A DNA stretch of 64,000 nt from an uncultured Oscillospiraceae bacterium. Its GTDB lineage: Bacteria > Bacillota > Clostridia > UMGS1883. The stretch lies in contig CAYMHB010000004.1 of NCBI GenBank assembly GCA_964390145.1, positions 11,545 through 75,544 on the forward strand. Reading direction: 5' to 3'. The translations under genes were made by a program, and so were the position numbers. This document shows, in pieces, positions 1-10,401 of this stretch; position 1 is the first letter of the stretch; the number at the start of each line of letters is the position of its first letter. Under the pieces are notes generated by a model. It was not told the origin of the DNA, did no database searches, and saw only the letters and a list, made by a program, of their open reading frames with translations.

Positions 1-81
1 AGAATGTAGTGAATTGAAGGATTGACACTTTTTATTAAATATATTAAAATATATTTACATAACTAAGGAGGAGAAATTTAT

Positions 82-1008
82 ATGCACATAGGTGTAGATA
101 TAGGCGGAATGAGTATTAAGGCAGGCATTGTGAATGAGGACGGAAAAATCATTACAAAATGCGCTGTTCCCACTCCGTGCAATGATGAGGATGCTTTCTG
201 TGCGGCGATGTTTGAAAGCATAGAAAAAGCAATGGCACAGGCAGATATTTCAGCAAACGATATAAAGGCAATCGGCATAGGTTCTCCCAGCGCAGTTATC
301 AAAGAAGATGGCGTTTTGCTCGAGGCTGAAAATATAGGCTACAAATACATTGATGCAAGAGGATTTTTACAGAGCAAACTCGGAAATATTCCCGTTTTTG
401 TTGATAACGACGCCAACTGCGCGGCGCTTGGCGAGTATTACAAATCAAAGAAATCGCCCCATTTTATTTTTATAACACTCGGCACGGGAATCGGCGGCGG
501 AGTAATACTTGACGGAAAGCTCTTTGTCGGTTCGAACGGTGCGGCAGGCGAATTGGGACATATTGTAACCCGTGCAGGCGGTCGTGAGTGCAACTGCGGA
601 AGACGCGGCTGCTGGGAAAAATACGGTTCTATGACAGGACTTATCCAGACTGCTACAGAGCGCAGAGACGAAATGAAATCTCTCGGCAAAAATGATGAAA
701 TAACAGGAAAACTGATTTTTGACCTTGCCGAAAAAGGCGATGAGGGTGCAAAACGCATCGTCCGTGACTGGATTGAAGAGGTCGCAATCGGCGTTGTTGA
801 TATGATAAATATTTTCCAGCCCGATGAAATTGTAATCGGCGGTGCTGTTTCGGCGCAGGGCGATGTGATTTTACTTCCTCTTATTGATTATGCAAAGAAA
901 CACGCATTCTGTGCGGATACTATCGGTATTCCCGAAATATCAATGTCGAGGGTAGGCGGAGATGCAGGTATAATCGGTGCGGCATTTTTGGAAAAGAACA
1001 ACGCATAA
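82..1008 (+). CDS. glcK: ROK-family glucokinase
   Basis: The 308-aa ORF has the N-terminal GVDIGG ATPase motif and the ROK zinc motif CNCGRRGCWE. An AAGGAGG RBS lies 8 nt upstream of the ATG. Confidence 0.85.
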   Translation: MHIGVDIGGMSIKAGIVNEDGKIITKCAVPTPCNDEDAFCAAMFESIEKAMAQADISANDIKAIGIGSPSAVIKEDGVLLEAENIGYKYIDARGFLQSKLGNIPVFVDNDANCAALGEYYKSKKSPHFIFITLGTGIGGGVILDGKLFVGSNGAAGELGHIVTRAGGRECNCGRRGCWEKYGSMTGLIQTATERRDEMKSLGKNDEITGKLIFDLAEKGDEGAKRIVRDWIEEVAIGVVDMINIFQPDEIVIGGAVSAQGDVILLPLIDYAKKHAFCADTIGIPEISMSRVGGDAGIIGAAFLEKNNA

Positions 1009-1024
1009 TATAAGGAGACGGATT

Positions 1025-2251
1025 ATGAAAATAAAAGGCAATATTGTAATAGGTCAGTCAGGCGGTCCAACCGCTGCAATAAATGCAACTCTTGCAGGTG
1101 TTTTCTGCGAGGGTAAAAACCTTTGCGAAGGCAAAATTTTCGGTATGGTCGGTGGCGTAGAAGGTCTTCTTGCCGAGAATATGATTGATATGAAAGAATA
1201 TCTTAAAACGGATAATGATGTTGAGCTTTTAAAGAGAACTCCGTCATCCTACCTCGGCTCGTGCAGATTCAAGCTCCCCGAACCTATTGAGGGAAATGAG
1301 GTTTATGAAAAACTTTTTGAGATTTTTGAAAAGTATGATATAAAGGGCTTTTTCTATATCGGCGGAAACGACTCGATGGATACAGTTAAGAAGCTTTCCG
1401 CATACAACAAGTTCAAAAATACCGATATTAAATTTATGGGTGTGCCGAAAACGATTGACAACGACCTTGTAAAAACTGACCACACGCCAGGCTTCGGCAG
1501 TGCGGCAAAATTCGTTGCAACCGTTACGAAGGAGCTTGTGCGCGACAGCCTTGTATATGACCTTAAGAGCGTGACCGTTGTTGAAATTATGGGGCGCGAT
1601 GCAGGTTGGCTTACAGGCGCAAGCGCTCTTGCAAAGGGCGACGACTGTGAGGGCGCGGCAATGGTGCTCCTTCCCGAAGTTCCGTTTGACTACGAGTATG
1701 TTAAAAACCGTGTAAGAGAGCTTACAGAAGGAAATAAATCTCTTGTAATCACCGTTTCTGAAGGCGTAAGAACGGCCGACGGGAAATATGTGTGCGAACT
1801 CGGCAGTGAAAAGGGTACCGATGCATTCGGTCATACAATGCTTACGGGCACGGCGCAGACGATTGCATCAATGCTGAAAAAAGACCTTGGCATTAAAACA
1901 CGCGCGGTTGAGCTTTCCACCATTCAGCGTTGCGCATCACATATTGCTTCGCTTACCGATATTAACGAATCTTTTGCCGTTGGCAGCGCCGCAGTTAAGG
2001 CTGCCGCAGAGGGTCAAAGCGGCAAGATGGCACTTCTTAAGAGAGTTTCCGATAATCCCTACATCTGCGAAACGGATACTGCCGATGTGGCGGAAATTGC
2101 AAACCTCGCCAAAGAAGTTCCGCGCAGTATGATTAACGAGCGCGGCGACAACGTTACCGAGGAATTTATAAAATACGCGCGTCCGCTTATTGAGGGCGAG
2201 CTTGTGCCCTTTATGGCAAATGGTCTACCCACGCACATTAAAAGGAACTGA
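1025..2251 (+). CDS. pfk: 6-phosphofructokinase, long form (ATP- or PPi-dependent not resolvable)
   Basis: It carries the PFK motifs GGPTAAINA, IGGNDSMDT, GVPKTIDNDL and MGRDAGWL. I chose the internal ATG at 1025, which has an AAGGAGACGG RBS, over the upstream ATG at 977 that overlaps glcK. Confidence 0.8.
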   Translation: MKIKGNIVIGQSGGPTAAINATLAGVFCEGKNLCEGKIFGMVGGVEGLLAENMIDMKEYLKTDNDVELLKRTPSSYLGSCRFKLPEPIEGNEVYEKLFEIFEKYDIKGFFYIGGNDSMDTVKKLSAYNKFKNTDIKFMGVPKTIDNDLVKTDHTPGFGSAAKFVATVTKELVRDSLVYDLKSVTVVEIMGRDAGWLTGASALAKGDDCEGAAMVLLPEVPFDYEYVKNRVRELTEGNKSLVITVSEGVRTADGKYVCELGSEKGTDAFGHTMLTGTAQTIASMLKKDLGIKTRAVELSTIQRCASHIASLTDINESFAVGSAAVKAAAEGQSGKMALLKRVSDNPYICETDTADVAEIANLAKEVPRSMINERGDNVTEEFIKYARPLIEGELVPFMANGLPTHIKRN

Positions 2252-2255
2252 TAAT

Positions 2256-4634
2256 ATGGTACAACGCACCCTGAATGTTCTTGAATACAATAAAATAAAA
2301 GAGATGCTCTCCGCCATAGCGGTATGCTCTGACACGCGTGATATGATTGGCGCGCTTAATCCGACAGACGACATCTACGAGGCGAAGGCACTTTTGGCGC
2401 TTTCTGATGAGGCTTTGTCACTCATTTTCAAAAAAGGCGCGCCACCAATCAGCCCCGTTAAAAATGTCACAGGCGCGGCAATGAGAAGCAGTGCCGGCGG
2501 TGCTTTGGGGATGGGCGAACTTCTTGCGATAGCGCATACACTCCGAATGGCACGAGGCCTTAAAAGTTATTTTGACGAGGACGATTTTGAAGAGAAGTTT
2601 CCCTCCCTTTCAAATCTTTTTTCTGCGCTTTCCGATAACAAAAAACTTGAAAACACCATATTTTCTGCAATCATAAGCGAAGAAGAAATGGCAGACGACG
2701 CTTCCCCCACACTTCTCTCGATCCGCAGGAAGATGCGTACACTCAGCTCGAAAATCCGCGATGTGCTTAATAATATGGTACATTCAAGTACTTACGCGAG
2801 TTATCTTCAGGAACCGATTGTTTCAATGCGCGGCGACAGATACGTTATCCCCGTAAAGAGTGAGCATAAGAGCAGTGTTCCCGGCGTTGTTCATGACAGC
2901 TCGGCAAGCGGTGCGACACTTTTTATCGAGCCGATGGCGGCAGTGGAAATAAATAATTCCCTGCGCGCACTTTTGGGCGATGAAAAGGAAGAAATTGAGA
3001 GAATTCTTTTCGAACTTTCGGGCAAAGTTGCGGAATTTTCCGATGAAATCATAAAAAACTACAAAACAATAATTGAAATTGATTTCGCGTTTGCAAAGGG
3101 TAAGCTTGCACAGAAAATGGATGCTACAATGCCCATGCTCAACACAGACGGAATTATAAATATCAAAAAGGGACGCCACCCCTTGATTGACACAAAAAAG
3201 GTTGTCCCGACCGATATGTACCTCGGCGACGAATTTGACACGCTCGTTATAACGGGTCCCAACACGGGCGGTAAGACGGTTTCACTTAAAACGCTCGGTC
3301 TTTTTACCCTTATGGCGCAGTCGGGACTTTTAATCCCTGCAAGTGCAGGAAGCAATATCGCAGTTTTCGAAAATGTATTTGCCGACATCGGTGACGAGCA
3401 GTCAATTGAGCAATCGCTCAGTACATTTTCCGCGCATATGACTAATATAATAAAAATACTTGAGAATGCAAACTACAAATCCCTTATCCTTTTTGACGAA
3501 CTTTGTTCGGGTACAGACCCGACGGAGGGTGCCGCTCTTGCTATTGCGATACTTGAAAGAGCGAAGGAGCTCGGCGCAAAGGTTGCCGCAACGACGCATT
3601 ACAGCGAAATTAAACTGTATGCGCTCTCTACACCGCGCGTTTGTAATGCGGCGTGTGAGTTTGATGTGGCGTCACTCCGCCCGACATACCGCCTTTTAAT
3701 CGGCGTGCCGGGTAAGAGTAATGCGTTTGCAATTTCAAAGCGCCTCGGTCTTGGCGAAGACATAATTGACCGCGCAAAAGAACTCGTCAGCGGAGAAAGC
3801 ACACGTTTTGAAGATGTTATAACTTCACTTGAGCAGCACCGCGCCAAAGCGCAGGAAGAACTTGATAAAGCAACCGAGGCTGCAGCGGTTTCAATAGCAC
3901 AGAAGGAAGAATCCGAAAAGGAACGCGCACGCATCCGCGCGCAAAGAGAAAAAATGCTTTCCGATGCAAGGCGCGACGCGAAAAAGATTTACGAACAGGC
4001 AAAGCGCGAGGCTGACGAAATCGTTAAAAAGATGCAAAAGCTCTTTGAAGAATCAGCAAGTAATAACCGCGCCGAAATCGAAGAGGGCAGACGAAATCTT
4101 AAACGCGCACTTGATAAGGCAGAGGGTAAGCTCAGCGAAGATGTTTTCAAAAACAAATCGAAAAAGAAACTCGATGCCTCTAAAATCACTCTTGGGATGG
4201 AAGTTGAAGTTACTACAATGAATTCTGTCGGAAACGTGCTGACTCTTCCCGATAAGAAAGGTGACCTGACCGTTCAGGTGGGAATTCTCAAAATAAAGAC
4301 GAATGTTTCCGCGCTTTCACCCTGTGAAACGCAGAAGAAAAAGAAAACCGCGCAGAGCTATATCATCGGCGGCGGTCACGCCCCGCGCGATGTCAAGATG
4401 GAACTTGACCTTCGCGGAGAAACGGTTGACGACGCGCTTTTACTGGTGGATAAATATCTCGACGATGCGTCGCTTTCTCACCTTGAATCCGTTACTATCA
4501 TCCACGGAAAAGGTACGGGTGCGCTTCGAAGTGCCATTACCGATATGCTCCGCCATCATCCCCATGCAAAAAGCTTCCGCCCCGGAAAATATGGCGAGGG
4601 CGAGGCAGGAGTAACGGTTGTTGAGATAAAATAA
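2256..4634 (+). CDS. mutS2: endonuclease MutS2 (MutS domain plus C-terminal Smr domain)
   Basis: It has a Walker A motif (GPNTGGKT), a MutS family ATPase core and a C-terminal Smr-like region (HGKGTGALR). The start is the ATG MVQRTLNVLEY, preceded by an AAAGGA RBS, rather than the long N-terminal extension. Confidence 0.9.
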   Translation: MVQRTLNVLEYNKIKEMLSAIAVCSDTRDMIGALNPTDDIYEAKALLALSDEALSLIFKKGAPPISPVKNVTGAAMRSSAGGALGMGELLAIAHTLRMARGLKSYFDEDDFEEKFPSLSNLFSALSDNKKLENTIFSAIISEEEMADDASPTLLSIRRKMRTLSSKIRDVLNNMVHSSTYASYLQEPIVSMRGDRYVIPVKSEHKSSVPGVVHDSSASGATLFIEPMAAVEINNSLRALLGDEKEEIERILFELSGKVAEFSDEIIKNYKTIIEIDFAFAKGKLAQKMDATMPMLNTDGIINIKKGRHPLIDTKKVVPTDMYLGDEFDTLVITGPNTGGKTVSLKTLGLFTLMAQSGLLIPASAGSNIAVFENVFADIGDEQSIEQSLSTFSAHMTNIIKILENANYKSLILFDELCSGTDPTEGAALAIAILERAKELGAKVAATTHYSEIKLYALSTPRVCNAACEFDVASLRPTYRLLIGVPGKSNAFAISKRLGLGEDIIDRAKELVSGESTRFEDVITSLEQHRAKAQEELDKATEAAAVSIAQKEESEKERARIRAQREKMLSDARRDAKKIYEQAKREADEIVKKMQKLFEESASNNRAEIEEGRRNLKRALDKAEGKLSEDVFKNKSKKKLDASKITLGMEVEVTTMNSVGNVLTLPDKKGDLTVQVGILKIKTNVSALSPCETQKKKKTAQSYIIGGGHAPRDVKMELDLRGETVDDALLLVDKYLDDASLSHLESVTIIHGKGTGALRSAITDMLRHHPHAKSFRPGKYGEGEAGVTVVEIK

Positions 4635-4660
4635 GATAAAAATCGTGAAACAAAAAATTA

Positions 4661-4689
4661 TTGACATGATTTTTTCACAGTGTTATAAT
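4661..4689 (+). promoter_or_regulatory. sigma-A type promoter for gdhA (TTGACA, 17 nt, TATAAT)
   Basis: A consensus -35 TTGACA (4661-4666) and -10 TATAAT (4684-4689) are separated by exactly 17 nt, 40 nt upstream of the gdhA RBS. Confidence 0.6.
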
Positions 4690-4702
4690 ATTTCTAATGT
4701 AA

Positions 4703-6079
<1,377 letters not shown>

Positions 6080-6102
6080 TAAGCATTGATTTTTATAAAA
6101 TC

Positions 6103-6135
6103 AAAGGGAATCTGAAATTCAGATTCCCTTTTTTG
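6103..6135 (+). terminator. intrinsic terminator after gdhA
   Basis: Hairpin AAAGGGAATCTGAAATTCAGATTCCCTTTTTTG with a T-run. Confidence 0.7.
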
Positions 6136-6493
6136 TTTTACACTAAAGAAGCTCTTCCATTTTCTTTCTTATTTCAAATCCTATTTTGGCACCTACAATA
6201 ATCCCAATTTCAAAAAACACTTCTTCACATTCGCACACCTGCTCGTCAAAATAGCCATACATCCTGTCAAACTCATCTTTATCTGGGAACTTTTCTTCAA
6301 AAAAATTTTTTGCCGACTACCGAGAAATCGCGAGTATCATTTTCCTCTGCTGGCGAGCGATTTCAGACGATTTGGAAACTGAGTGTTTCCATAGAGTCGG
6401 CGGTACAAAGACAGAAAATCTGCAAAAACAAAAACCCGTTACTGTTTGCAAAAAGTGACTTTTTATGCTAAAATTATCCCGAGGTGACTTAAG

Positions 6494-6940
6494 ATGAACA
6501 AACACGAACAGCTTGCACATAAATATTTTACCGACGGTTACAACTGCGCGCAGAGTGTTTTTGCGGCATTTCACGAAGAAATGGGAATGGACGAAAAAGA
6601 GGCACTGCGTCTTTCTTCCGCATTTGGTGGCGGAATGGGAAGACTGCGCGAGGTTTGCGGCGCAGTAAGCGGTATGTTTATGGTGCTTGGCGCACTCTAT
6701 GGGTATGACGATGCAAAAAACGATGAGGCGAAAAAACTCCTTTATACAAGGGTGCAGAATTTTGCAAATGAATTTAAGCGTGAGTATGGCACAACTATCT
6801 GCCGTGAATTACTCGGCGTCGACGGGGCGCAAAAGCCCACTCCCACTCCCCGAAACCCTGAATTTTATGAAAAAAGACCGTGCACGGCTTTCGTTGTCAG
6901 CGCTGCGAGAATTATGTCGGAGTTCATTAAACAAAACTAA
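6494..6940 (+). CDS. C_GCAxxG_C_C family putative redox-active protein
   Basis: The N-terminal DGYNCAQSVFAAF and the FGGGMGRLREVCGAVSG segment match the family pattern. The RBS is GAGGTGA. Confidence 0.75.
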   Translation: MNKHEQLAHKYFTDGYNCAQSVFAAFHEEMGMDEKEALRLSSAFGGGMGRLREVCGAVSGMFMVLGALYGYDDAKNDEAKKLLYTRVQNFANEFKREYGTTICRELLGVDGAQKPTPTPRNPEFYEKRPCTAFVVSAARIMSEFIKQN

Positions 6941-6946
6941 TATTAA

Positions 6947-6974
6947 AGAGCAGATGTTTTCAAAACATCTGCTC
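6947..6974. terminator. palindromic hairpin (12-bp stem AGCAGATGTTTT/AAAACATCTGCT), copy 1
   Basis: A near-perfect palindrome sits immediately after the C_GCAxxG gene stop. The identical palindrome recurs at 7246-7272. Confidence 0.6.
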
Positions 6975-7095
6975 AGCGTGTCGATAAACCTATCGGCACG
7001 CTGGCAGACGAGGAAAAAGGAAGGTAAATTTGTTCAACACGAACTCGTCGGCGTACGAGGGTACGGTAGAGGGCGTGTTGAACGAAAGCAAGCAA

Positions 7096-7129
7096 AAGCC
7101 CTGAAAATTGCAATTTTCAGGGCTTTTTA
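7096..7129 (+). terminator. intrinsic terminator inside the 6975-7245 module
   Basis: AAAGCCCTGAAAATTGCAATTTTCAGGGCTTTTT, a 10-bp stem with a T-run. Confidence 0.6.
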
Positions 7130-7245
7130 TTATGTGGTTGATAGTGGTTTTTTGTTTTTATCAGTTTATCGAAAATTTTCAAACCCTGCAAAAAAATATT
7201 TATTTTTATATTTTGCTTGCGCTTGACCGAATTTTCCGACAGTCT

Positions 7246-7272
7246 GAGCAGATGTTTTCAAAACATCTGCTC
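7246..7272. terminator. palindromic hairpin, copy 2 (identical core to 6947-6974)
   Basis: Same 27-bp sequence GAGCAGATGTTTTCAAAACATCTGCTC. It lies just downstream (on the minus strand) of the small ORF 7285-7449. Confidence 0.6.
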
Positions 7273-7284
7273 TTAATTTTACAT

Positions 7285-7449
7285 TTACTCGTCTTCTGGA
7301 AATGAGCCGTTTAAAAACCATTCAGGAACGAATCCGCTCGGATACAATTCTTTTTCTTCGCTCTCCACTACTTTTGCTTCCGCTACGGCAAGCGGAGGAA
7401 GTGCACTTCTCGGCACAACATAGGTTATATAACACATTTCTTCATTCAT
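7285..7449 (-). CDS. hypothetical small protein (54 aa), not in the ORF track
   Basis: The ORF MNEEMCYITYVVPRSALPPLAVAEAKVVESEEKELYPSGFVPEWFLNGSFPEDE has a GAGGTGG RBS 6 nt upstream. A palindromic terminator follows directly. There is no recognisable family. Confidence 0.3.
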   Translation of the reverse strand: MNEEMCYITYVVPRSALPPLAVAEAKVVESEEKELYPSGFVPEWFLNGSFPEDE

Positions 7450-7494
7450 TTTTTACCACCTCACAGGCATTATATTATCAAAATCACTTAAATA

Positions 7495-7523
7495 TTGCCT
7501 TTTCACAAAAAAAGGTGTATAAT
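7495..7523 (+). promoter_or_regulatory. sigma-A like promoter for DUF436 gene (TTGCCT, 17 nt, TATAAT)
   Basis: -35 TTGCCT at 7495-7500 and -10 TATAAT at 7518-7523 with 17-nt spacing. Confidence 0.45.
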
Positions 7524-7559
7524 AAATTGATGAATGTAATGGAAAGGTTTTGAGTATAT

Positions 7560-8120
7560 ATGTTAAATAAAATTAAAACCGAGGCAAGAGAAGCTGCGGA
7601 AAAGCTCGTTCTTGCGGCAAATCTTAAAAAAGGCGATATTTTTGTCGTAGGCTGTTCTTCAAGCGAGGTTTGTGGCGATAAAATCGGCACAAACAGCAGT
7701 GAGGAAGTAGGCGAAGTTCTTTTTGCTGCTATAAATGAGGTTCTTTCCGCAAAAGGAATTTTCCTTGCGGCGCAGTGTTGCGAGCATCTTAACCGCGCCG
7801 TGGTAATTGAACGAGTGTGCCTCGAAAAATACAACCTTGAAGAGGTTTGTGTTATTCCTCAGCCAAAGGCCGGCGGTTCATTCGCCACTGCGGCATACAA
7901 GGGTTTTGAAAACCCCGTGGTTGTTGAGGAAATCAAGGCGCACGCAGGAATTGACATCGGTGGTACGCTTATCGGTATGCACCTTAAGAGAGTATGCGTT
8001 CCCGTCCGTCTTGATATAAAGAAAATCGGCGAAGCGCCGATTATTTGCGCCAAGACACGCCCCCGTCTTATCGGTGGTGAAAGAGCCGTTTATAATATGA
8101 TAGAAGATGTTAAAAGATAA
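7560..8120 (+). CDS. DUF436/UPF0340 (TIGR01440, YwlG-like) protein
   Basis: The 186-aa protein has the family-typical VVGCSSSEV and IGGTLIGMHLK segments. The RBS is GGAAAGG. Confidence 0.75.
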   Translation: MLNKIKTEAREAAEKLVLAANLKKGDIFVVGCSSSEVCGDKIGTNSSEEVGEVLFAAINEVLSAKGIFLAAQCCEHLNRAVVIERVCLEKYNLEEVCVIPQPKAGGSFATAAYKGFENPVVVEEIKAHAGIDIGGTLIGMHLKRVCVPVRLDIKKIGEAPIICAKTRPRLIGGERAVYNMIEDVKR

Positions 8121-8130
8121 GGTGTAACTT

Positions 8131-9738
8131 ATGGTTAAAGAGAAAAAGGCACCGTCCTTTTTAATGAATGTAATAACGATTATTTTTGCACAGATTGCCG
8201 TTAAACTTCTCGGTTTTGTGTACAGAATGGTTATCACCAACATTGACGGATTTGGTGATATGGGTAACGGATATTACAATTTCGGTTACCAGATTTATAC
8301 ACTCCTTCTTGCGATAAGTTCAATCGGTATTCCGAACGCAATCTCAAAACTCGTGTCCGAGCGCTCGGCTCTTGACGATTTCCGCGGTGCGATGCGTATT
8401 TTCCGCGTGGCGCTTGTGCTTTTTTTGTGCGTAGGCGGATTTTTCGCGGTTGCGATGTTTTTCGGTGCAGAATTTATTGCGACAACTATTCTTGATGCGC
8501 CGCTTGCGGTATATACCATAAAAGTATTGTCACCTGCACTTATATTTGTGTCGGTATCGTCTGTTATCCGCGGATTTTTCGCAGGTCAGCAGAATATGAA
8601 GGCGACCAATACAAGTCAGGTTCTGGAGCAATTCTTAAAAAGTTTATCCACAATCCTAATCGTGCTTGCAATGGTTGGCTCAAAGCCCGAATATATGGCG
8701 GCAGGAGCGACACTTGCGACAACGATTTCAACATTTTTGAGTCTTGTGTATCTTTTCCTGTTCTACAGCGCGAACAGGAAGGATTTAAAGGAAAAGGTAC
8801 AAAACGCCCCGAATACCAAAATTGAGGGAAATTTTGGTAAAATCGCGAAAATGATTCTTACGGTATCTATCCCGATTTCACTCGGCTCGATTGTGGCATC
8901 ACTCAACCGAGTGGTTGACATTGTAACGGTAGTGCGCGGAGTAAAAATCGCGCTTGCAGATAAGTTTCCCGATGTTGTGACCCTCGGCGATGAGGCGGTA
9001 AGGCTGAGCGGTATTTTAAGCAAGACCGACGTTCTTGTTAATTTGCCTCTTGCGATAAACACCGCATTCTCAACAGTTCTTGTTCCCACGGTTGCAGGCG
9101 CGCTGGCAGTAAAGAATTTCAGCGCCGCAAGGGAGAAAATTTCATTTTCCCTTCTTATATCAATTATCATCGCTCTTCCGTGCAGTGTCGGTTATATGGT
9201 ACTTGCAAAGCCGATACTTCAGCTTATTTACCCCAATGCAAGTGACGGTGCGCTGATTTTCACGCTCGTTGCACCGACAGTATTCTTCTCGGCGATGAGC
9301 CAGACGATTTACGGTGCTCTTCAGGGTATGGGTAAGATTTATGTTCCCGCGCTCAGCGTACTTCTCGGCGGAATTGTTAAAGTCATATGCAACCTCGTGC
9401 TCATTCCCATTCCCGCTATAAATATTTACGGCGCGCCGATTGGCAGTATTTTCTGTCAGGCGATTGCATTTTTCGTAAGTTTTAGTGTTTTGAGGAAAAA
9501 TCTGGACGTAAAACTCCCCTTTGGCAAGTACTTCGCCCGTCCCTTCGCCGCGGTAATCTGTATGGCGGCGGCGGTATTGGGAGTGTATACTCTTGCAAGC
9601 GGACTTGGAAACACCGTTGCGACATTTATTTCCATCGTGTCGGGCTCTGCGGTTTATCTTGGACTTATCGGCGTTTTTAAAGTTTTCAGCCGCGAGGAGC
9701 TAAGGCAAATTCCATTTGTTAAAAAATTTGTGAAATAA
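8131..9738 (+). CDS. spoVB: MOP-superfamily polysaccharide/peptidoglycan flippase, SpoVB-like
   Basis: The 535-aa polytopic membrane protein (about 14 TM segments) matches the Wzx/MurJ/SpoVB architecture. It sits immediately upstream of the spoVA genes. Confidence 0.65.
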   Translation: MVKEKKAPSFLMNVITIIFAQIAVKLLGFVYRMVITNIDGFGDMGNGYYNFGYQIYTLLLAISSIGIPNAISKLVSERSALDDFRGAMRIFRVALVLFLCVGGFFAVAMFFGAEFIATTILDAPLAVYTIKVLSPALIFVSVSSVIRGFFAGQQNMKATNTSQVLEQFLKSLSTILIVLAMVGSKPEYMAAGATLATTISTFLSLVYLFLFYSANRKDLKEKVQNAPNTKIEGNFGKIAKMILTVSIPISLGSIVASLNRVVDIVTVVRGVKIALADKFPDVVTLGDEAVRLSGILSKTDVLVNLPLAINTAFSTVLVPTVAGALAVKNFSAAREKISFSLLISIIIALPCSVGYMVLAKPILQLIYPNASDGALIFTLVAPTVFFSAMSQTIYGALQGMGKIYVPALSVLLGGIVKVICNLVLIPIPAINIYGAPIGSIFCQAIAFFVSFSVLRKNLDVKLPFGKYFARPFAAVICMAAAVLGVYTLASGLGNTVATFISIVSGSAVYLGLIGVFKVFSREELRQIPFVKKFVK

Positions 9739-9847
9739 TTACCAAAAAGAAATTCTTTGAAAGATAAGGATTTCTTTTTTTATTGGGAAAAATAAAGTCG
9801 AACAACAATAACCCAAACCGTATTAACTAATCGAAAGGATGATATTT

Positions 9848-9961
9848 ATGAAAGTTTTAAGGATTTTTCTTATCGCACTTGCGTTTATATCGGTATATTT
9901 TCTGCGTCTTGCGGCAATCGGTCTTTCAGGCGGGACGAGCATTACGGGGGCGCTTATATAA
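9848..9961 (+). CDS. small hydrophobic peptide (37 aa) translationally coupled to spoVAC
   Basis: Sequence MKVLRIFLIALAFISVYFLRLAAIGLSGGTSITGALI, with an AAAGGA RBS. Its stop overlaps the spoVAC ATG (TAATG). It is not in the ORF track because of length. Confidence 0.3.
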   Translation: MKVLRIFLIALAFISVYFLRLAAIGLSGGTSITGALI

Positions 9962-10398
9962 TGGTAACAAAAAAAGAATATTCGAAAATCGTTGAAAAAC
10001 ATTCGGGGAAATCCCCTCTTTTAAAAGATTGTCTGCGCGCGTTTTTTGTGGGCGGACTTATATGCGTAATCGGTCAGGCTCTGCGCGATTTTTACACATC
10101 CGTCGGACTTAACAAGGAACTTTCGGGCACGGCAACCTCTATTACGCTTATTTTTATCGCTTCGCTTCTGACGGCAATCGGCATTTTCGACAAAATCGGC
10201 AAATTTGCAGGAGCAGGCACTCTTGTTCCCATTACGGGATTTTCAAACTCCGTCACCTCTCCGGCGATGGAATTCAAGTCCGAAGGACTTGTTGCAGGCG
10301 TGGGCGCGAAAATTTTCACCGTAGCGGGACCTGTCATCGTGTATGGCACGCTGTCAAGCATTCTTGCCGGTCTTATTTATTTTATTTTCATGAGGTGA
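9961..10398 (+). CDS. spoVAC: stage V sporulation protein AC
   Basis: The 145-aa protein has the SpoVAC N-terminus KKEYSKIVEKH...FFVGGLICVIGQAL and is a small membrane protein. Confidence 0.8.
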   Translation: MVTKKEYSKIVEKHSGKSPLLKDCLRAFFVGGLICVIGQALRDFYTSVGLNKELSGTATSITLIFIASLLTAIGIFDKIGKFAGAGTLVPITGFSNSVTSPAMEFKSEGLVAGVGAKIFTVAGPVIVYGTLSSILAGLIYFIFMR

Positions 10399-10401
10399 AT
10401 T

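Noticed and set aside
977-1024. Long N-terminal extensions offered by the ORF track for pfk (977), mutS2 (2190), ddl (14820), murF (15887), proB (37024), proA (37888), proC (39242), apgM (44766), parB (49579), yidC (57281), dnaA (58325), dnaN (59821)
   Set aside because: Each extension overlaps the upstream gene or lacks an RBS. An internal ATG, GTG or TTG with a good Shine-Dalgarno reproduces the conserved family N-terminus in every case.
6138-6316. Minus-strand open frame of 57 codons (…KFPDKDEFDRMYGYFDEQVCECEEVFFEIGIIVGAKIGFEIRKKMEELL) downstream of gdhA
   Set aside because: The only in-frame ATG gives 34 aa with a weak RBS (AGG). There is no recognisable family, and it may be a relic fragment. 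The evidence is insufficient to call it.
6687-7226. 179-aa plus-strand ORF overlapping the end of the C_GCAxxG gene and the palindrome-bounded module
   Set aside because: It is out of frame with and overlaps a well-supported gene. It has no RBS and runs straight through two strong terminator hairpins. It is an artefact of the AT-poor local composition.
9780-9846. Forespore sigma-G/sigma-F type promoter upstream of the spoVA genes
   Set aside because: It is expected biologically, but I could not find a convincing GHATR-N17/18-CATNNTA match by eye. The nearest sequence (GAACA...CATTAACTA-like) is too weak to report as a feature.
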